A stretch of 64,000 nucleotides of DNA from Mobula hypostoma (lineage: Eukaryota), in the NCBI RefSeq assembly GCF_963921235.1, contig NC_086097.1:81718001-81782000 (forward strand), written 5' to 3'. Positions 1 through 12,927 of the stretch are shown one piece after another. The position numbers and the translations under genes are program-made. Below the pieces are notes generated by a model. That model made no database searches and was not told the DNA's origin. It worked only from the letters and a program-made list of their open reading frames with translations. Positions within the stretch are counted from its first letter, which is position 1; every line of letters starts with the position of its first letter.

Positions 1-2107
1 TATCTGAAATGTGGATTTGTACCAACACAGAGCAACCAACAGCAGCCAATATGTCTGTTGTGTGAAAGGGTTTTTTTTCCAAGTGAGGTAACAAAACAGT
101 CCAAGCTCCTTGAATATTTGAAGAGAATGCACTCTGATAAAGCAAACAAGAACTTGGTTTATTTTCAGTCACGTCATGAAAACTTTCTGAGATGGAAAAT
201 ACTTTAAAACATGGTTGTCAACACTTCACAACAAAACAGTGGTTTGTATGCTTCATACATTTCATTGCTCATGACTAAATCTGCAAAGCCCCATACAACT
301 GGAGAAGAACTGATTCTGCCAGCAGTAAGAGAGGTTCGGAGTTCCAGTCTTGCATAAATATGGTTTTCCAGACCAGATAATTAAAATGATTCCGCTCAGT
401 AACAACTCTTTTCAAAGATGAATGAATGAAATGTCTGAGAATGAGGAAGAACTCATTGTTCAACATACTTAGGACAACAGAGTTTGCCCTGCAGTTGGAT
501 GAGTTGACTTTGCCAGGCAACAAATATTTACTTCTTGTTTCACAAATGATGAAAGCATGTTCGAGAGCTGTTGTTTGCAAGGGAACTAGAAATGGATATG
601 AAGGTGTAGTATATTTAATATTTGAGTAATATTGTAAATATATTGTTTGATTAAGCATTCTTTGTTTACATAATTCATTATGGAGGTTATGTGAAAAAGT
701 ACACAAATGGCATACGTCATCAAGCCACTGCATCATATGTTAGTGCCTCACTAAAAAAAAGGAAAAATAAAACAAGTAGGCAAGCATACCAATTCCTGTG
801 TTTTTCTTTTGATTTATTTCTGGAGTTACAAAGCATAACAGTGGCGATAACTAAGTTTTTAAAACAAACCCCAAGATGACCAGCTACCTGTTGAAGCTCA
901 GCTTGTTTTTCTTTGAAAGGGAGACATTTAAATTAAAAAAAGAGGGCTGAAAACTGCCAAAATTAGCACACAAGTATAGTCATAGATTTATAAACAGTGA
1001 GTTTATAATAATAACAAATCATAATTCAAAATTCCAGAAATGGCTGGCTATATCATAAAGATAGATAGAGTCTGATTTTGGGTGTAAAATGTTCCAACCA
1101 GTACTTGTATCAGAGAGAGTTTACCCTCATTACTTATCATCAACCACTGGTGTCCATTTTCAATCCACAGAAGGGTGTTCCACTAACAGCAGTAGCAAGA
1201 ATGCAGAGATGGGCTCTGTTTCTTGGCAGACACTATTGCAAGATCAAATTCAAGAGGACAACTAATCATGGAAATGTTGATGGATTGTTCTGTTTAGCAT
1301 TAGAAATGGAAATACCTGAAATATTTACATAAGAGGACACTCTTCTTCACCAACTCTCCTTAACGCAATCAGAAGACTACCTACTGTGGCAGAGATGATC
1401 CAAAGGGAAACCAGAAAAGATCCCACACTGTCTCAGGTCTACATGGCAACCCAAAATGTGCAGCAGAAATTTTAGTTCCCCCAATTTTACCAGCACCTGA
1501 ATGAACTTCCACTTGACGGGGGTTGACTTATGTAGGGATTGAGAGTTGTTATACCATCCAGGCTGAGGGATGCAGTGTTGGAGGAGCTATATGCTGGTCA
1601 TCTGGGCTTTATCAAAATGAAAGTGTTGGCTCAATTTGTTTGGGGGCCTCGGATACATCAGCAGGTTGAGCAACTTGCGGTGCACTGTTCAGAATATCAA
1701 CTTGTCCAGAAGATACTAAGGGCAGTACCTGTCCATCCCTGGGAATGGATTGCATTTTCCTGGCAGAGGATTCATGCAGTTCTGATGGGCCATTCATGGA
1801 TGCAAATTATTTGCTAGTCATGGATGCAGCTACAAATGGCCAGAAGTGTTCCCAATATCCTCCACTACAGCCTTGCACACTATTGATGTGTTGAGAAGCC
1901 TCTTCAAATTGACTGGTATTCCAGAGCACTTAGACAGTGACAATGGACCACAGCTTGTGCAGAACTGTTTCAGTCATTCCTAAAAATAAACGGAATAAGA
2001 CATATTACATCTGCACCATACCACCCAGCTACAAATGGCTCGGTGGAGAGATTTCTCCAGCATCTAAAGAACACACTGTAAACAATTTCAGCAGAACGCA
2101 CTACACT

Positions 2108-2512
2108 TGTTGCAATGAGCGAATGATACGAACCCAAGTGCAGGACACTGGCACGGAGATTGAGTTAGGATGCTTATGCGGACATGAACTTTGAACAGCA
2201 AACAGGAGGGATCTTGATACTGAGTCTTGACACAGAGAGATGGAGTTTCATAGGTAAACCTTGAAACTGGAGCAGAACTTAGAATACACAGTCCTAAGCA
2301 GCCGGGAAACATTAATTACCATAAAGGCAAAACCAACAATCTGACGACTAGTGGTTGTAATGCCAGGGTTCTTATGCTGCAGGTCTTGATGGAAACCAGG
2401 TGTGTCGTCATCAAAGAGAATTAGAAGCAAATGGGAAATTAACAGTCGGAACCGTGGCACAATCAAAGGAAATTAGGAGAAAGATAGGGAATTAATGATC
2501 GGGACCGTGACA
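2108..2512 (-). repeat. 3' LTR of sushi-type element
   Basis: TG...CA termini, direct repeat of 6827-7231, adjacent polypurine tract on the minus strand. Confidence 0.95.
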
Positions 2513-5500
2513 GAACCCCCTCCCCCCTCAACGGGAGCCTCCAGGTAAACCACCAGGCTTGTCCGGATTGTGTCGACGGAAATCACGGATGAGGGAAGGG
2601 TCCAGGATGAAGGAGTGGGTAATCTAGGTGCGTTCCTCTGGGCCGTATACCTCCCAATCGACCAGGTACTGGAGACCCTGCCTCGGCGGTGCACATCCAG
2701 TATTCGCCGGACAGTGTAAGCTGGGTAGTCGTCAATGATCTGGGCAGGTGGAGGGGGTTCAGCAGGAGGGCACAAGGGGCTGACAGATACAGGTTTCAAT
2801 TGGGAGACGTGGAACGTGGGATGAATGTGCATGGATCTGGGCAGTTTGAGTCTGATCACCGAGGTGTTGATGACACTCTCAATCTCGAATGGTCCCAGGT
2901 AGCGAGGGGCGAGTTTCTTGGGTTCATTCTTGAGGGGGATGTCTCTTGATGAGAGCCAAACCTTCTGCCCAGTCTGATAATTTGGTGCAGGAATTTGATG
3001 GCGATCGGCAATCCTCGGTTGCGGTCAGCTGAGCGGAGCAGGGTCGCGCATGCATCCTTCCTGACCTTGCGTCACCGGCAGAGATGGGCCTGAACTGAAG
3101 GCACAGCAATGTCGTCTTCATGTGCGGGAAACAGAGGGGGTTGGTAACTGAGGGAGCATTCGAAGGGAGACAATCCGGTGGTGGTGCTGATCAGGGAGTT
3201 GTGGGCATACTCCACCCAGACAAGATGGATGCTCCAGGATGACGGGTTGTTGGCGGTTATGCAGCGCAGTGCTGCTTCCAAATCCTGGTTTGCTCGTTCT
3301 GTTAGACCATTAGTCTGCGGATGGAAGCTGGAAGACAGGTTTACTGAGGCTCCAAGGATTTCCAGACTTGAGAGATGAATTAAGGGCTCCGGTCAGAAAT
3401 AATGTCAGAGAGAATTCCACAAAGGCAGAAGACATGATGAACAAGGAGCTCGGCTGTCTCATGGGCTGTGGGGAGTTTGGGAAGGGCTATGAAGTGCACA
3501 GCTTTGAAAAAGCGATCCACCATGGTGAGTACGGCCATGTTCCCATGTGAAGGGGGTAGTCCAGTAACGAAATCCAGTGCAATGTGGAACCAAGGGCGGC
3601 TAGGGACAGGTAGGGGACAAAGCAACCCAGCAGGAGTTCGATGGGAGGCTTTTCTGTGGGCTCAAACAGAACAGGCAGAGATGAAGGAATGGATGTCAGT
3701 GTCCATGGAGGGCCACCAGAAATGTCTCTTCAGAAGGGACAGAGTGAACCTGAGATCGAACTGAGTCAGGCACGAAGAGGCAATTGGAGGGTCCATTGCC
3801 TGGGTCAGATTGAGTCAGTTGGGCCTCTTTGACTATGGATTTGATCTCCCAGGTGAGGGCAGCCACCACACAGGATGATGGAAGGATGTTCTCAGGGTTG
3901 GGAAGGCCCTCCTTGGAGATGTATTGACGGGAGAGAGCATTGGACTTCCCGTTCCTGGACCCCGGACGATAGGTGATTGTGAATCTGAAATGGCCAAAAA
4001 ATAATGCCCAACGGGCTTGGTGGGAATCCAGGCATTTCGTGGTTTGGATGTATGCAAGATTCTTGTGATCTGTCCAGATGATGAACGGATGTTCCGCTCC
4101 CTCCAGCCAGTGCTTCCACTCCTCCAAAGCGAGTTTGACAGTCAGTAACTCTCGGTTCCCTACGTTGTAGTTCCGTTTGGCAGGGGATAGCCGGCGAGAA
4201 AAGAAGGCGCAAGGATGGAGTTTCTGGTCTGGGCCGGAGCGTTGGGAGAGGACCGCTCCCACCCCAGAGTCGGAGGCGTTGACTTCCTTAATGAATTGGT
4301 GAGAGGGGTCAGGTTGGACCAGGATGGGAGCGGAGGTGAAACGCCTCTTCATCTCCAAGAAGGCTGAGTCCGCTTTGGGGTCCCAGTGAAAAGGGGTCGC
4401 AGGAGAGGTGAGTCGGGTAAGGGGCACTGCCACCCGCTGTAATCCCTGATGAAGCGACGATAAAAGTTTGCGAACCCCAGAAATCAATGGAGTTGCTTGA
4501 GTGTCGTGGGTTTTGGCCACTCCGCCACCGCCCGGATCCTAATGGGATCTGCCTTCACTTGCCCGCCCTCGATGATGTACCCTAAGAAACTGACAGAAGA
4601 GACATGAAACTCGCACTTCTCAGCCTTCACGAATAGTTTGTTCTCCCAAAGCCTCTGCAGAAGCTGATGGACATGGTGGGTGTGTTCCTGAAGACTGTGG
4701 GAGAAGATTAAGATGTCGTCCAAATAAACAAAAATGAAACAGTTAATAAAGTCCCTAAGGACATCATTTATCAGGGCTTAGCGGACAGCGGGGGCATTGG
4801 TGAGACCGAATGTCATGACCAAGTATTCGAAGTGACTAAGAGGGGTGTTAAAAGCTGTTTTCCACTCATCTCCCTCCCTTATCCTGACCAGGTGGTAGGC
4901 ACTTCGTAGGTCCAACTTAGAGAAGAAGGTGGCTCCGTGAAGGGGTTCGAAAGCAGAGTTGATAAGGGGCAGTGGATACTTTTTCTTTAGGGTGATGCTA
5001 TTCAGGCCCCGGTAGTCAATGCAGGGGCGCAGTGAGCCATCTTTCTTCCCCACAAAGAAGAAACCTGTGCCTACAGGGGAAGGTGAGGGTCGGATAATGC
5101 CCGCCGCGACAGAGTCATTTAAGTAAACCTCCATTGCTTCCCTTTCTGACCGGGTCAGGTTATACAGCCGACTGGTGGGTAGAGGGGCTCCAGGGAGAAG
5201 GTCAATTGCACAATCATAAGGGCAGTGTGGAGGCAGGGAAAGAGCCCATTGCTTGCTAAACACTGCTCCCAGATTGTGATACTCTGCTGGAACCTTGGAT
5301 AAGTTGGGGGTTTCAGCGGCAGACGAGGTCACAGTGACTTTCACAGGGGAAAGGGCCGATTGTAGACAGGTAGAGTGACAGAACAGATTCCAGCTGACTA
5401 TCTTCCTGGTGGACCAGTCAATGTGGCGGCTTAACCAGGAGTACCCAAGAACTATAGGAGCTTGAAGAGAGGAAGTTAGGTTAAATCATACCTGTTTCCA

Positions 5501-6826
5501 ATGGTTCCCGGAGAGAATAAGAGACAGGGGTGGTGTGCAGTGTGTGACAGACCAGGAGTCTACCATCCAGTGCCGGGCTTCCAGAGGGGTACTCAACGGC
5601 TCCCGAGGAATTCTGGCCTGGGAAGCTATGTTTTCATCCAAAAAGTTTCCCTCAGCGCTGGAGTCCACTGGAGCTGACAGAGGCAGGGACTGTTGGTTGT
5701 AATGTAAAGTAGCTTGGATCTGCATCCGGGTTCGGGGGACGGAAGGGAATGTTGTCTGGCTCACCAGGGCCCCCTTTTCACTAGTGAGCCTTCCCTTTTG
5801 GTCGAAGGGGAACAGGTAGCACAGAAGTGGCTGAACTGGCCGCAATAGAGACACACCCCTGCTCCCAATCTCCGGTGTCACTCTGTGGGAGAAAGATGTC
5901 TCAGCTGCATGGGTTCCTCTCCCGGGGCGGTGGAAATGGCTGGGCTGGGAGCTATTCTAGAAGCAGGAGGAGAAGGGAGGCTTGTGCTGGTGGGAGACGG
6001 TAATGAGTGCCGTGGAGTGGCCAAAGGTTGTGGACGACCAGTTTTTTCCCAATGGCGTTCTCAAAGACGATTGTCCAACCTGGTGGCCAGGGAGATCAAG
6101 GAATCCAGGCTGTCAGTGTCTTTACTTGCCACCAACTCGTCTTTCACCATGTCGCTGAGTTCATTCCGAAAACCTCCCTGAAGTGACTCATCGTTTCACC
6201 CCGAGTTGGCCGCTAACGTCCAGAACTCCACAGAATATCCGGCAACACCGTGTGAGCCCTGACGGAGAGTGAGTAGATGCTTAGCGGCATCTTTACCACG
6301 CACGGGGTAGTCAAAGATCTTTCTCATTTCCGCGATAAAGATGGGGAAAGAAGAGCAGATATCCGGTTGATTATCCCAAACAGCTGTGGCCCACGCTAAG
6401 GCACTTCCCCGCAACAACCCCATGATATAAGCTATCTTTAACTTATCCGTGGAGTACGTGGATAACTGCTGTTGGAACACCAAGGAGCATTGAAGAAGGA
6501 AGGCCCGGCACTTCCCCAAACCCCCAGCGTAGTGTTCTGGTTCTGGTACGTGCGGCTCTCTTGGTGGGGGTATTATTGACATGTAGGGGGTTGCCACTAC
6601 AGGCTGTCTCGGCTGCTTAGACAGAGTTCCAGGAGTGAATGGGGTAAAATGAGTGGATACACGGTCCACCTGGTTAGCGATCTTTGTTAAGTTAACAGAC
6701 AGGAAACGGAGGTTCTCCATGACATCCTGGAGAAGTTGATTGTGCAGACCCAGTAGGGAGCCCTGGCTGATGAGTGTTTGTTGCAGGGTATTCGTGTCCG
6801 CTGGGTCCATTGCTGCCAGATCGTTC

Positions 6827-7231
6827 TGTTGCAATGAGCGAATGATGAGAACCCAAGTGCAGGACACAGGCACTGAGATTGAGTTAGGATGCTTACGCAG
6901 ATGTGAACGTTGAACAGCAAACAGGAGGGATCTTGATACGGAACCTTGACACAGAGAGACGAAGTTTCCTAGGTAAACCTTGAAACTGAAGCAAAACTTA
7001 GAACACGCGGTCCTAAGTAGCCGGGAAACATTAATTACCACACAGGCAAAACCAACGATCTGGCAACTAGTGGTTGTAACGCGGGGGTTCTTATACTGCA
7101 GGTCTTGATGGAAACCAGGTGTGCTGTCATCAAAGAGAATTAGAAGCAAATGGGAAATTAACAGTCGGAACCGTGGCACAATCGAAGAAAATTAGGAGAA
7201 AGATAGGGAATTAATGATCGGGACCGTGACA
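6827..7231 (-). repeat. 5' LTR of sushi-type element (TATAA at 7095-7091)
   Basis: Direct repeat of 2108-2512; followed on the minus strand by a short PBS and the gag ATG. Confidence 0.95.
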
Positions 7232-8035
7232 ACTGAATTAGAAGCTCATCTATTTCCTCCTTGCATATTGCAATGCAGCACACTCCACAATGAACAACTC
7301 ACCTGGGACATCCTTTAAGCTCATGCTTGAATATCCTCAAACCCAGTCTCAGAAGGTGAATGCAGGACGAACAGCTGAGACAAACTGAGGGCTTCTCAAA
7401 CAAGGAGGTTGCTAAATGGATCAAAAGTGGGTATTCGGAAAGATTAAGGACAGAACTGGACCACTCTCCTACACAGTGGAGATTGTATCTTATGTCATCT
7501 GGAGCTGACACGTCAATCAGTCCAGGAGAGCAGAGTCAACTGCTAGAAAACTGTTCGAACTGTTAGAAAAGACAGGTGTGAGCTCCTCAGTAAAAAAAAC
7601 GAGGAAAAAACGAAGTAGACAAACATTGGGACTCGTGTTTTCCTTTCGTTTAGTTCCTTGAGTTACAAAACATAATAGAAGGAGTCGTCAATATTTCTGG
7701 CTGTAGATCAATTTTTGAAAGAGAAGGACATTCCACTCACGAATATAACTGTGCTACAAACTGCTTGTGCAACAGATGGGGGACCATCAATGACACCGTG
7801 GGGTTATTACTTTCTTGAAAACAGCTGTAACTAACATATTTACCATGCACTGTGTAACTCACATTCAAAAAAACCTGAGCAATCGGCCACACAAATCACT
7901 AAGTACCGTCATCACAGCAGTAAATAAAATCAAGTCCCTTGCTCTCAATTCTTGACCATTTCGCGTTATGTACTGAGAAAGACGAACAGTTTGAATGCTT
8001 GCTTTGTACACAGAAGTTAGATGGTTCTCAAAAGT

Positions 8036-11000
8036 TGTTACGAGATGCTCCCCACCATGCCAGCTTCCGACGTTTAAACACTCTAATTCTCCGGAGTGCG
8101 GATAGCTGACGCGGCCTTTTTAAGGGCTGAGGAGTTAATTGATGATCATGTTAGCATTAATTGATAATCATGTTTTGGGCGCCAAGAATTGAGTATTTAA
8201 GGAACACCTGAACATATGTTCAGTACTCATGCGTAAGCCTTAAGGCTGATTTATACTTGTGCATATGGGCTACGCCGAGGCCTGATTTATACTTTTACGT
8301 AGCCCTATGCCATAGTGAGCATGTATAATTGTGTCTGCGTCACTCTGCAATTCACCATCAAAACGCTAGTTGGCGGTGGGGTTTCTATGCCACTGTGTTG
8401 AGTTTCTTCGTGACAGACATGGACGAGGAAATGCATTTCAAATATTTTCAGATGTCGGCAGGTAGATTGGACGATTTGGTTCATCGTCTCCAACCATTTA
8501 TTTCGCATCAATGTACAGACATGGCGGAGAAAAGCAACCAGAAATGCGTAGGAGGAAATGCGATGCTACCAAGCGGACCACAGTTGTTGCGGTCTGCATC
8601 GCCGCGACACGAGTTACATTTTTGGGGAGGTGCACGTCACCCTACGGCGTAGGGTACGCAGTACCTACAGTGTACATTTGATGCAGAAGTATAAATTGGG
8701 CTTTACTAGTGTTTTCGTCTAATGTTTATTTTGTCCTCAGTCCACGATTCGGTTTGATACTGTATTTCGATCCTTGCTTCAAATTCTCCAGTACTTGGGT
8801 CCAATCCATCTATCAAGGCCTTTCGTCGCAGTACGATTGAGCCAACATGGACCCAGCGGGGTATCAGCATCTGTCCGCTGTGGCCAGCTACATTGAAGAT
8901 ATTTCCGGACAGACCTTGAAAGGTTAGCGACCTCCAGGGAGCCACTGGGCAATTTTTTCAAGGAGGAAGCTGGAGTCCCTCAGGAGAGCCAGTCGCTCCT
9001 GTTCCGGAGCCAGTCCATCTTCCAACCCTGGAAAGATTCGACGATGAACCGGGGTCTTGTTGCAGATTCCTCATCCAGTGCTCGTCTGGATTTGAACTTC
9101 AGCTGTCCCAGTTTCCTCCCAAGCGCGGAAAAGTGCCTTCATTATCTCCCACCTGACTGGGAGAGTCCTGGGCTGGCCCAGCGCGCACTGGGAACGCAGG
9201 TTGGAGAACTGCTTGGTCTTGGGGGAATTCATGGCTGCCATGAGGTGAGTGTTTCATCACCCCGCGGGAGCCAGCCAAGCTTCAGACCACCTGATGAAGA
9301 TGAGACAGAATGGGAGGCTCGGTGCTGACTACCAGATGGAATTTTGGACCTTGGCCCAGGAGAGTGGCTGGAACGGAGAGTCCTTGACCAAGTTGTATCA
9401 CTGTGGGCAGTGAGACAAACTGAAGTATGCTCTTGCCTTGGGAAAGCCAGCTGAGAGCCTTAGGGTTCTCATCGATCAGCCCAACCATCTTGATAATTGC
9501 CTGGCAGAGTGTCAGTGGGACCACTTCAGGATGTTGAAGAGAGCTGATCAGAGTCCAGCCCCTGCACGTCACAGTTCCACTCCCCAATCTCAGGCCGAGC
9601 TTGCTGGCAGCTCCTCTCCAGCAGACAGCAACGATGACATCCGGATTCAGGAGCTTCTTACGACTAAGTTAGTGTTGGAGGAATGTCGTCACTGGCTAGA
9701 GGGAGCCGAGAACCCTTTTTTTTTGTTTAGATTGTCTATATTCAGGAGGCCAAGAGGCTGAATTCCAGGCAGAGCAGGTGGTCTTTTTTTTTAAAAAATC
9801 AGTTTAGTTTTATCCTATCCTATCAACCGGCTCTAAGAATCAGAAGCCTGATGCCTTGACCTGCCAGTTTGATGAACTGGAATGAGAGGAGCAGCCTGCC
9901 ACCATTTTGCCCCAGGCCAGGGTGGTAGCGACAATTCGTTGGGGAATTGACTGTCTTGTTCACAAGGCCAAGCGCAAGGGGGGATTCTTGAGGATGGTTG
10001 TTTGGGTCAGCTGTTTGTCCCAAATTCCGTCTAGTCCCAGGTACTGTAATGGGGACCTTTGTCAAGAATGACCACACACCCAGGGATTGCCAGACACTCA
10101 CGTTTATCAAGGGGAGGTTTTAGTGGCCCGGAATGGTGAGAGAAGTTCAGCAGTATGTGCAGGCATGCAAGGTGTGCACCTGGAGCAAGGAGCCCCATAC
10201 CCAATTTCCAGGGCTCTTCAATCTCCTATCATTCCAAAGAGACCCTGGGCACACATCTCCATGGACTTTGTCACAGGTCCCCAACCATCCAAGGAGAAGT
10301 TGGTCATCATGGTGATTGTCAATTGGTTTTCAAAAGCCTGCAAGTTCATTGCCTATGAGAAGCTGTGGTGGAGATGGCCAGAATCATCATGGACAAAGTC
10401 TTCAGAGTCTATGGATTTTCAGCGGACATTGTCTTGGTTAGCGGTCCACAATTCTCAGCACATTTTTGGAAGGCTTTCTGTAAACTGATAGGGGTAACAG
10501 CAAGCCTTTCCACTGAGCTTCACCCGTGGACCAACCAAATTTAGAATGCACCTGAAATGCCTGGCCTCGGGAAGGCGTGATGAGTGGTGTGACCATTCAT
10601 CAGGTCTTTGAGGTGGGTAGAGATTGCCCACAACACCTTAAAGCACTTGGCGCATGGGATGTCACCATTTGAGTGCCAGCTTGGTTATCCTCAGCTTCTC
10701 TTTCTGGAAGAAGAGGCCTGTGGCAGAAGATCTTGTCCAACACTGCAAGGAGAACTGCATGAGGGCAAGAGATTTTACTGGGCTTTACCGGGAGATCGGA
10801 GATAAAGGCAAACTGAAGAAGTCTGGGACCCATGTTACAGCGTGGGCAACAGCCTGACTCATCATTTGCCTCTCCAAGTGGAAGCCAAAAAGTTCACAAT
10901 CAAGTTTTATTGGTCTCTTTTAAGATCCCGAGGAAAGTAAACCGGGTGTCTTACACATTCTAGCTCCCCAAGATCCTAAAGATCAACCCCACCTTCCATA

Positions 11001-11373
11001 TCTCCAAATGAAAACCTGTCTGCACCACCATCAACCCTGCTGATGGGGAGGGTGTCCTGTTATGAGATGCTCCTAGCCATGCCAGCTTATGAGGTTTACA
11101 CACTCTAATTCTCCGGAGTACGGATAGCTGGTGCATCTTCATTAAGGGTTTAGGATGTCCCTGTTAAATGACGATCATGTTTTTGGTGTCAAGAATTGAG
11201 TATTTAAGGAACACCTGAACATGGGTTCAGTGCTCAATTCTAACCCTTAGTGTTTTCATCTAGCGATTTTTTTGTGTTCAGTTCTTGATCCAGTTTGACA
11301 CCGTGTCTTAATCCTTGCTTTGGATACGCCAGCATTTGGGTCCAAGCCATCCTCATTAAGGACTCCCATCACA
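8036..11373 (+). mobile_element. Second sushi-like Gypsy element, PR/RT largely deleted
   Basis: LTRs 8036-8830 (split by a DNA element) and 11058-11373. PPT GGGGAGGG. TSD AAAGT/AAAGA. gag start MDPAG at 8847, RNase [13 protein letters not shown], integrase PWAHISMDFVTG. Confidence 0.88.
8243..8702 (+). mobile_element. Non-autonomous PIF/Harbinger derivative
   Basis: Imperfect 20-bp TIRs (AGGCTGATTTATACTTGTGC vs AGCCCAATTTATACTTCTGC), TTA TSD at 8240-8242 and 8703-8705, internal [20 protein letters not shown] typical of Harbinger nuclease N-termini. Confidence 0.8.
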
Positions 11374-12176
11374 AAAGATATCTGCCTGAGATGCTTTTGT
11401 GCAGTTCTGAAACCAAAATTCTTTGAAAAAGCAAATGCTTCATTTGGTAATCAATTCGGAACATTAAGCATGACATTGCTTATTGTCAGAATTATTTGCA
11501 AAGTTTCATTAAATTAATCTTCAATTGCAAAGCAATTATGTGAATCTTAAATGTCAAATCAGTCATCTCCAAATTTCTGTCCAAGTTGACCCTATTTAAT
11601 TGACGTATTGGCCTCTGAGTTGGAAGAGAAAGGAAGAATATCAGATGGTGGTCTTCAGGTGTAGTGTGCCCACCTGCGTGAGCTGCATAAAGGTATATCA
11701 GAGAGACGTCAGGATCTTCTCTCGATCCAAATTCCAGATTGGGTAAAAACTGCATTCCTGAACACTTGTAATGAGGAATTAACAGGAAGGATGGAAGAAA
11801 AACTGATCTCACTACAAAATGACTTCGAGCTGAAGCAGAGGTTCAAAATTTATCAAGAAATCTCTGAACACTATCCTGCACTGTGGAAAAAGGTCAAGGT
11901 GTACTTTATTTCCTTTCCAGTACCATATTTAGTGGAGTGGTGTTTCAGTGCAGTCACCCAACTTCTTCCAATGCAACGAAACAGACTCCAATTGACTGAA
12001 CGTGGGCCTCTGAGACTCTTGAGTAGCATTCAACCCCATGTTGGGAAGCTGATATCACTGCAGCAAGCCCATCCGTCTCATTGAACGGTGAAAACACAAT
12101 GAAGTAGTGAATAGTTAGATAGCAAAATTGTTGCTGAAATTGGTACTGTAATAAAATAATTTTGTAGCTTTATGTG

Positions 12177-12661
12177 CAGTACTATGCAAAAGTCTTAAGC
12201 ACCTATATAGCTATGGTGCCTAAGAATTTTTCACTGTACTGTAGTAATTTTATGTATGGCACCGTACTGCTAATGTGAAAAAAAATCATGACTTGTGAAT
12301 GATAATGAACCTGATTTTTTTTAATATGTGTCTCTATTGTAGACTGAGCATGAGAAGGGAGCAGGAAATTATGACTGGGGAGAGGGAAAGGAGCAGAAAG
12401 CAAGAGATCCATTCTGTAATGATCAATAAACTAATTGTTTGAAATCAAATTACCTTGCCTGGTGTTTTGGGGCTGGGTGTGTTGGCACCCATGCCACCCC
12501 TTGCTCCTGGCATTCCTTCTCTGCTACACCCCTCCCACAGTGCTCCACCCTTGCCATTCCCAACAACCTTTGCTCTCACCAGATTGACAAACTCGTTCTC
12601 CGCTCCATGTTGACACATACAGTACTGTGCAAAAGTCTTAGATAATTTCAGCACAACACTG
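12177..12661. mobile_element. Non-autonomous Tc1/mariner-like element with CAGTACTGTGCAAAAGTCTT-type termini
   Basis: Short hairpin units at 12177-12241 and 12620-12661 flanking non-coding sequence. Confidence 0.55.
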
Positions 12662-12865
12662 TAGATTATAGTAATTATTTTAATTATTTATCACTGCTTT
12701 GAATTTGCAGTTCCTATTTTCTTTCACAATGCATCATAAATAAAAATTATTTTATATTAGTTATTCTTTATAGTAATGTAATGGCTGGTAAGGGAGAGGC
12801 TGGGGCTGTGGTCTAGGAGGCAAGGGGGCAGTAATCCCAAGAAGTTTAGGAGCCATGGGTCCAGA

Positions 12866-12927
12866 ATAGCACAACCTTGTGGGCCGAAGGGCCTGTATTG
12901 CGCTGTAGATTTTCTATGTTTCTATGT
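12866..12927 (+). repeat. CR1 3' tail fragment
   Basis: GGGCCGAAGGGCCTGTA plus TTTCTATG repeats, matching the tail of the full-length CR1. Confidence 0.8.

Larger units (their letters stand above)
2108..7231 (-). mobile_element. Near full-length Tf1/sushi-type chromovirus (Gypsy), decayed
   Basis: 405-bp LTRs at 2108-2512 and 6827-7231 (about 90% identical over the first 150 nt by eye). PPT next to 2513. gag from MDPADT (6810), protease [27 protein letters not shown], RNase H, integrase [10 protein letters not shown], chromodomain [13 protein letters not shown]. Many frameshifts. Confidence 0.95.
605..7677 (+). mobile_element. Gypsy LTR retrotransposon (K02A2.6-like), internally deleted, with a nested insertion
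   Basis: 5' LTR 605-840 (TGTAG...AACA) followed by TGGCGA PBS. Partial 3' LTR ~7580-7677. TSD GAAGG at 600-604 and 7678-7682. RNase H (ARMQRWALFL) and integrase (ELYAGHLG, DNGPQ) remnants at 1078-2107. Confidence 0.85.
1..12857 (+). mobile_element. Decayed hAT (Charlie/Buster, SCAND3/ZBED5-like) DNA transposon in three pieces (1-604, 7683-8035, 11379-~12857)
   Basis: N-terminal YLKCGF..PICLLCE (BED finger), KPHTTGEELILPA, FALQLDE. Middle piece ATDGGPSM, HCVTH, TEVRWFSK. C-terminal ORF 11791-12084 has FPVPYLVE and ends AHPSH. Probable degenerate right terminus near 12825-12860; left end lies outside the window. Confidence 0.85.

Noticed and set aside
6196..7179. 327-aa ORF running through the 5' LTR into gag
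   Set aside because: Non-ATG start upstream of the predicted TSS; the real gag start is MDPADT at 6810
2103..7236. Clean 5-bp TSD for the chromovirus
   Set aside because: Flanks ACACT and ACTGA share only ACT, so no TSD is claimed
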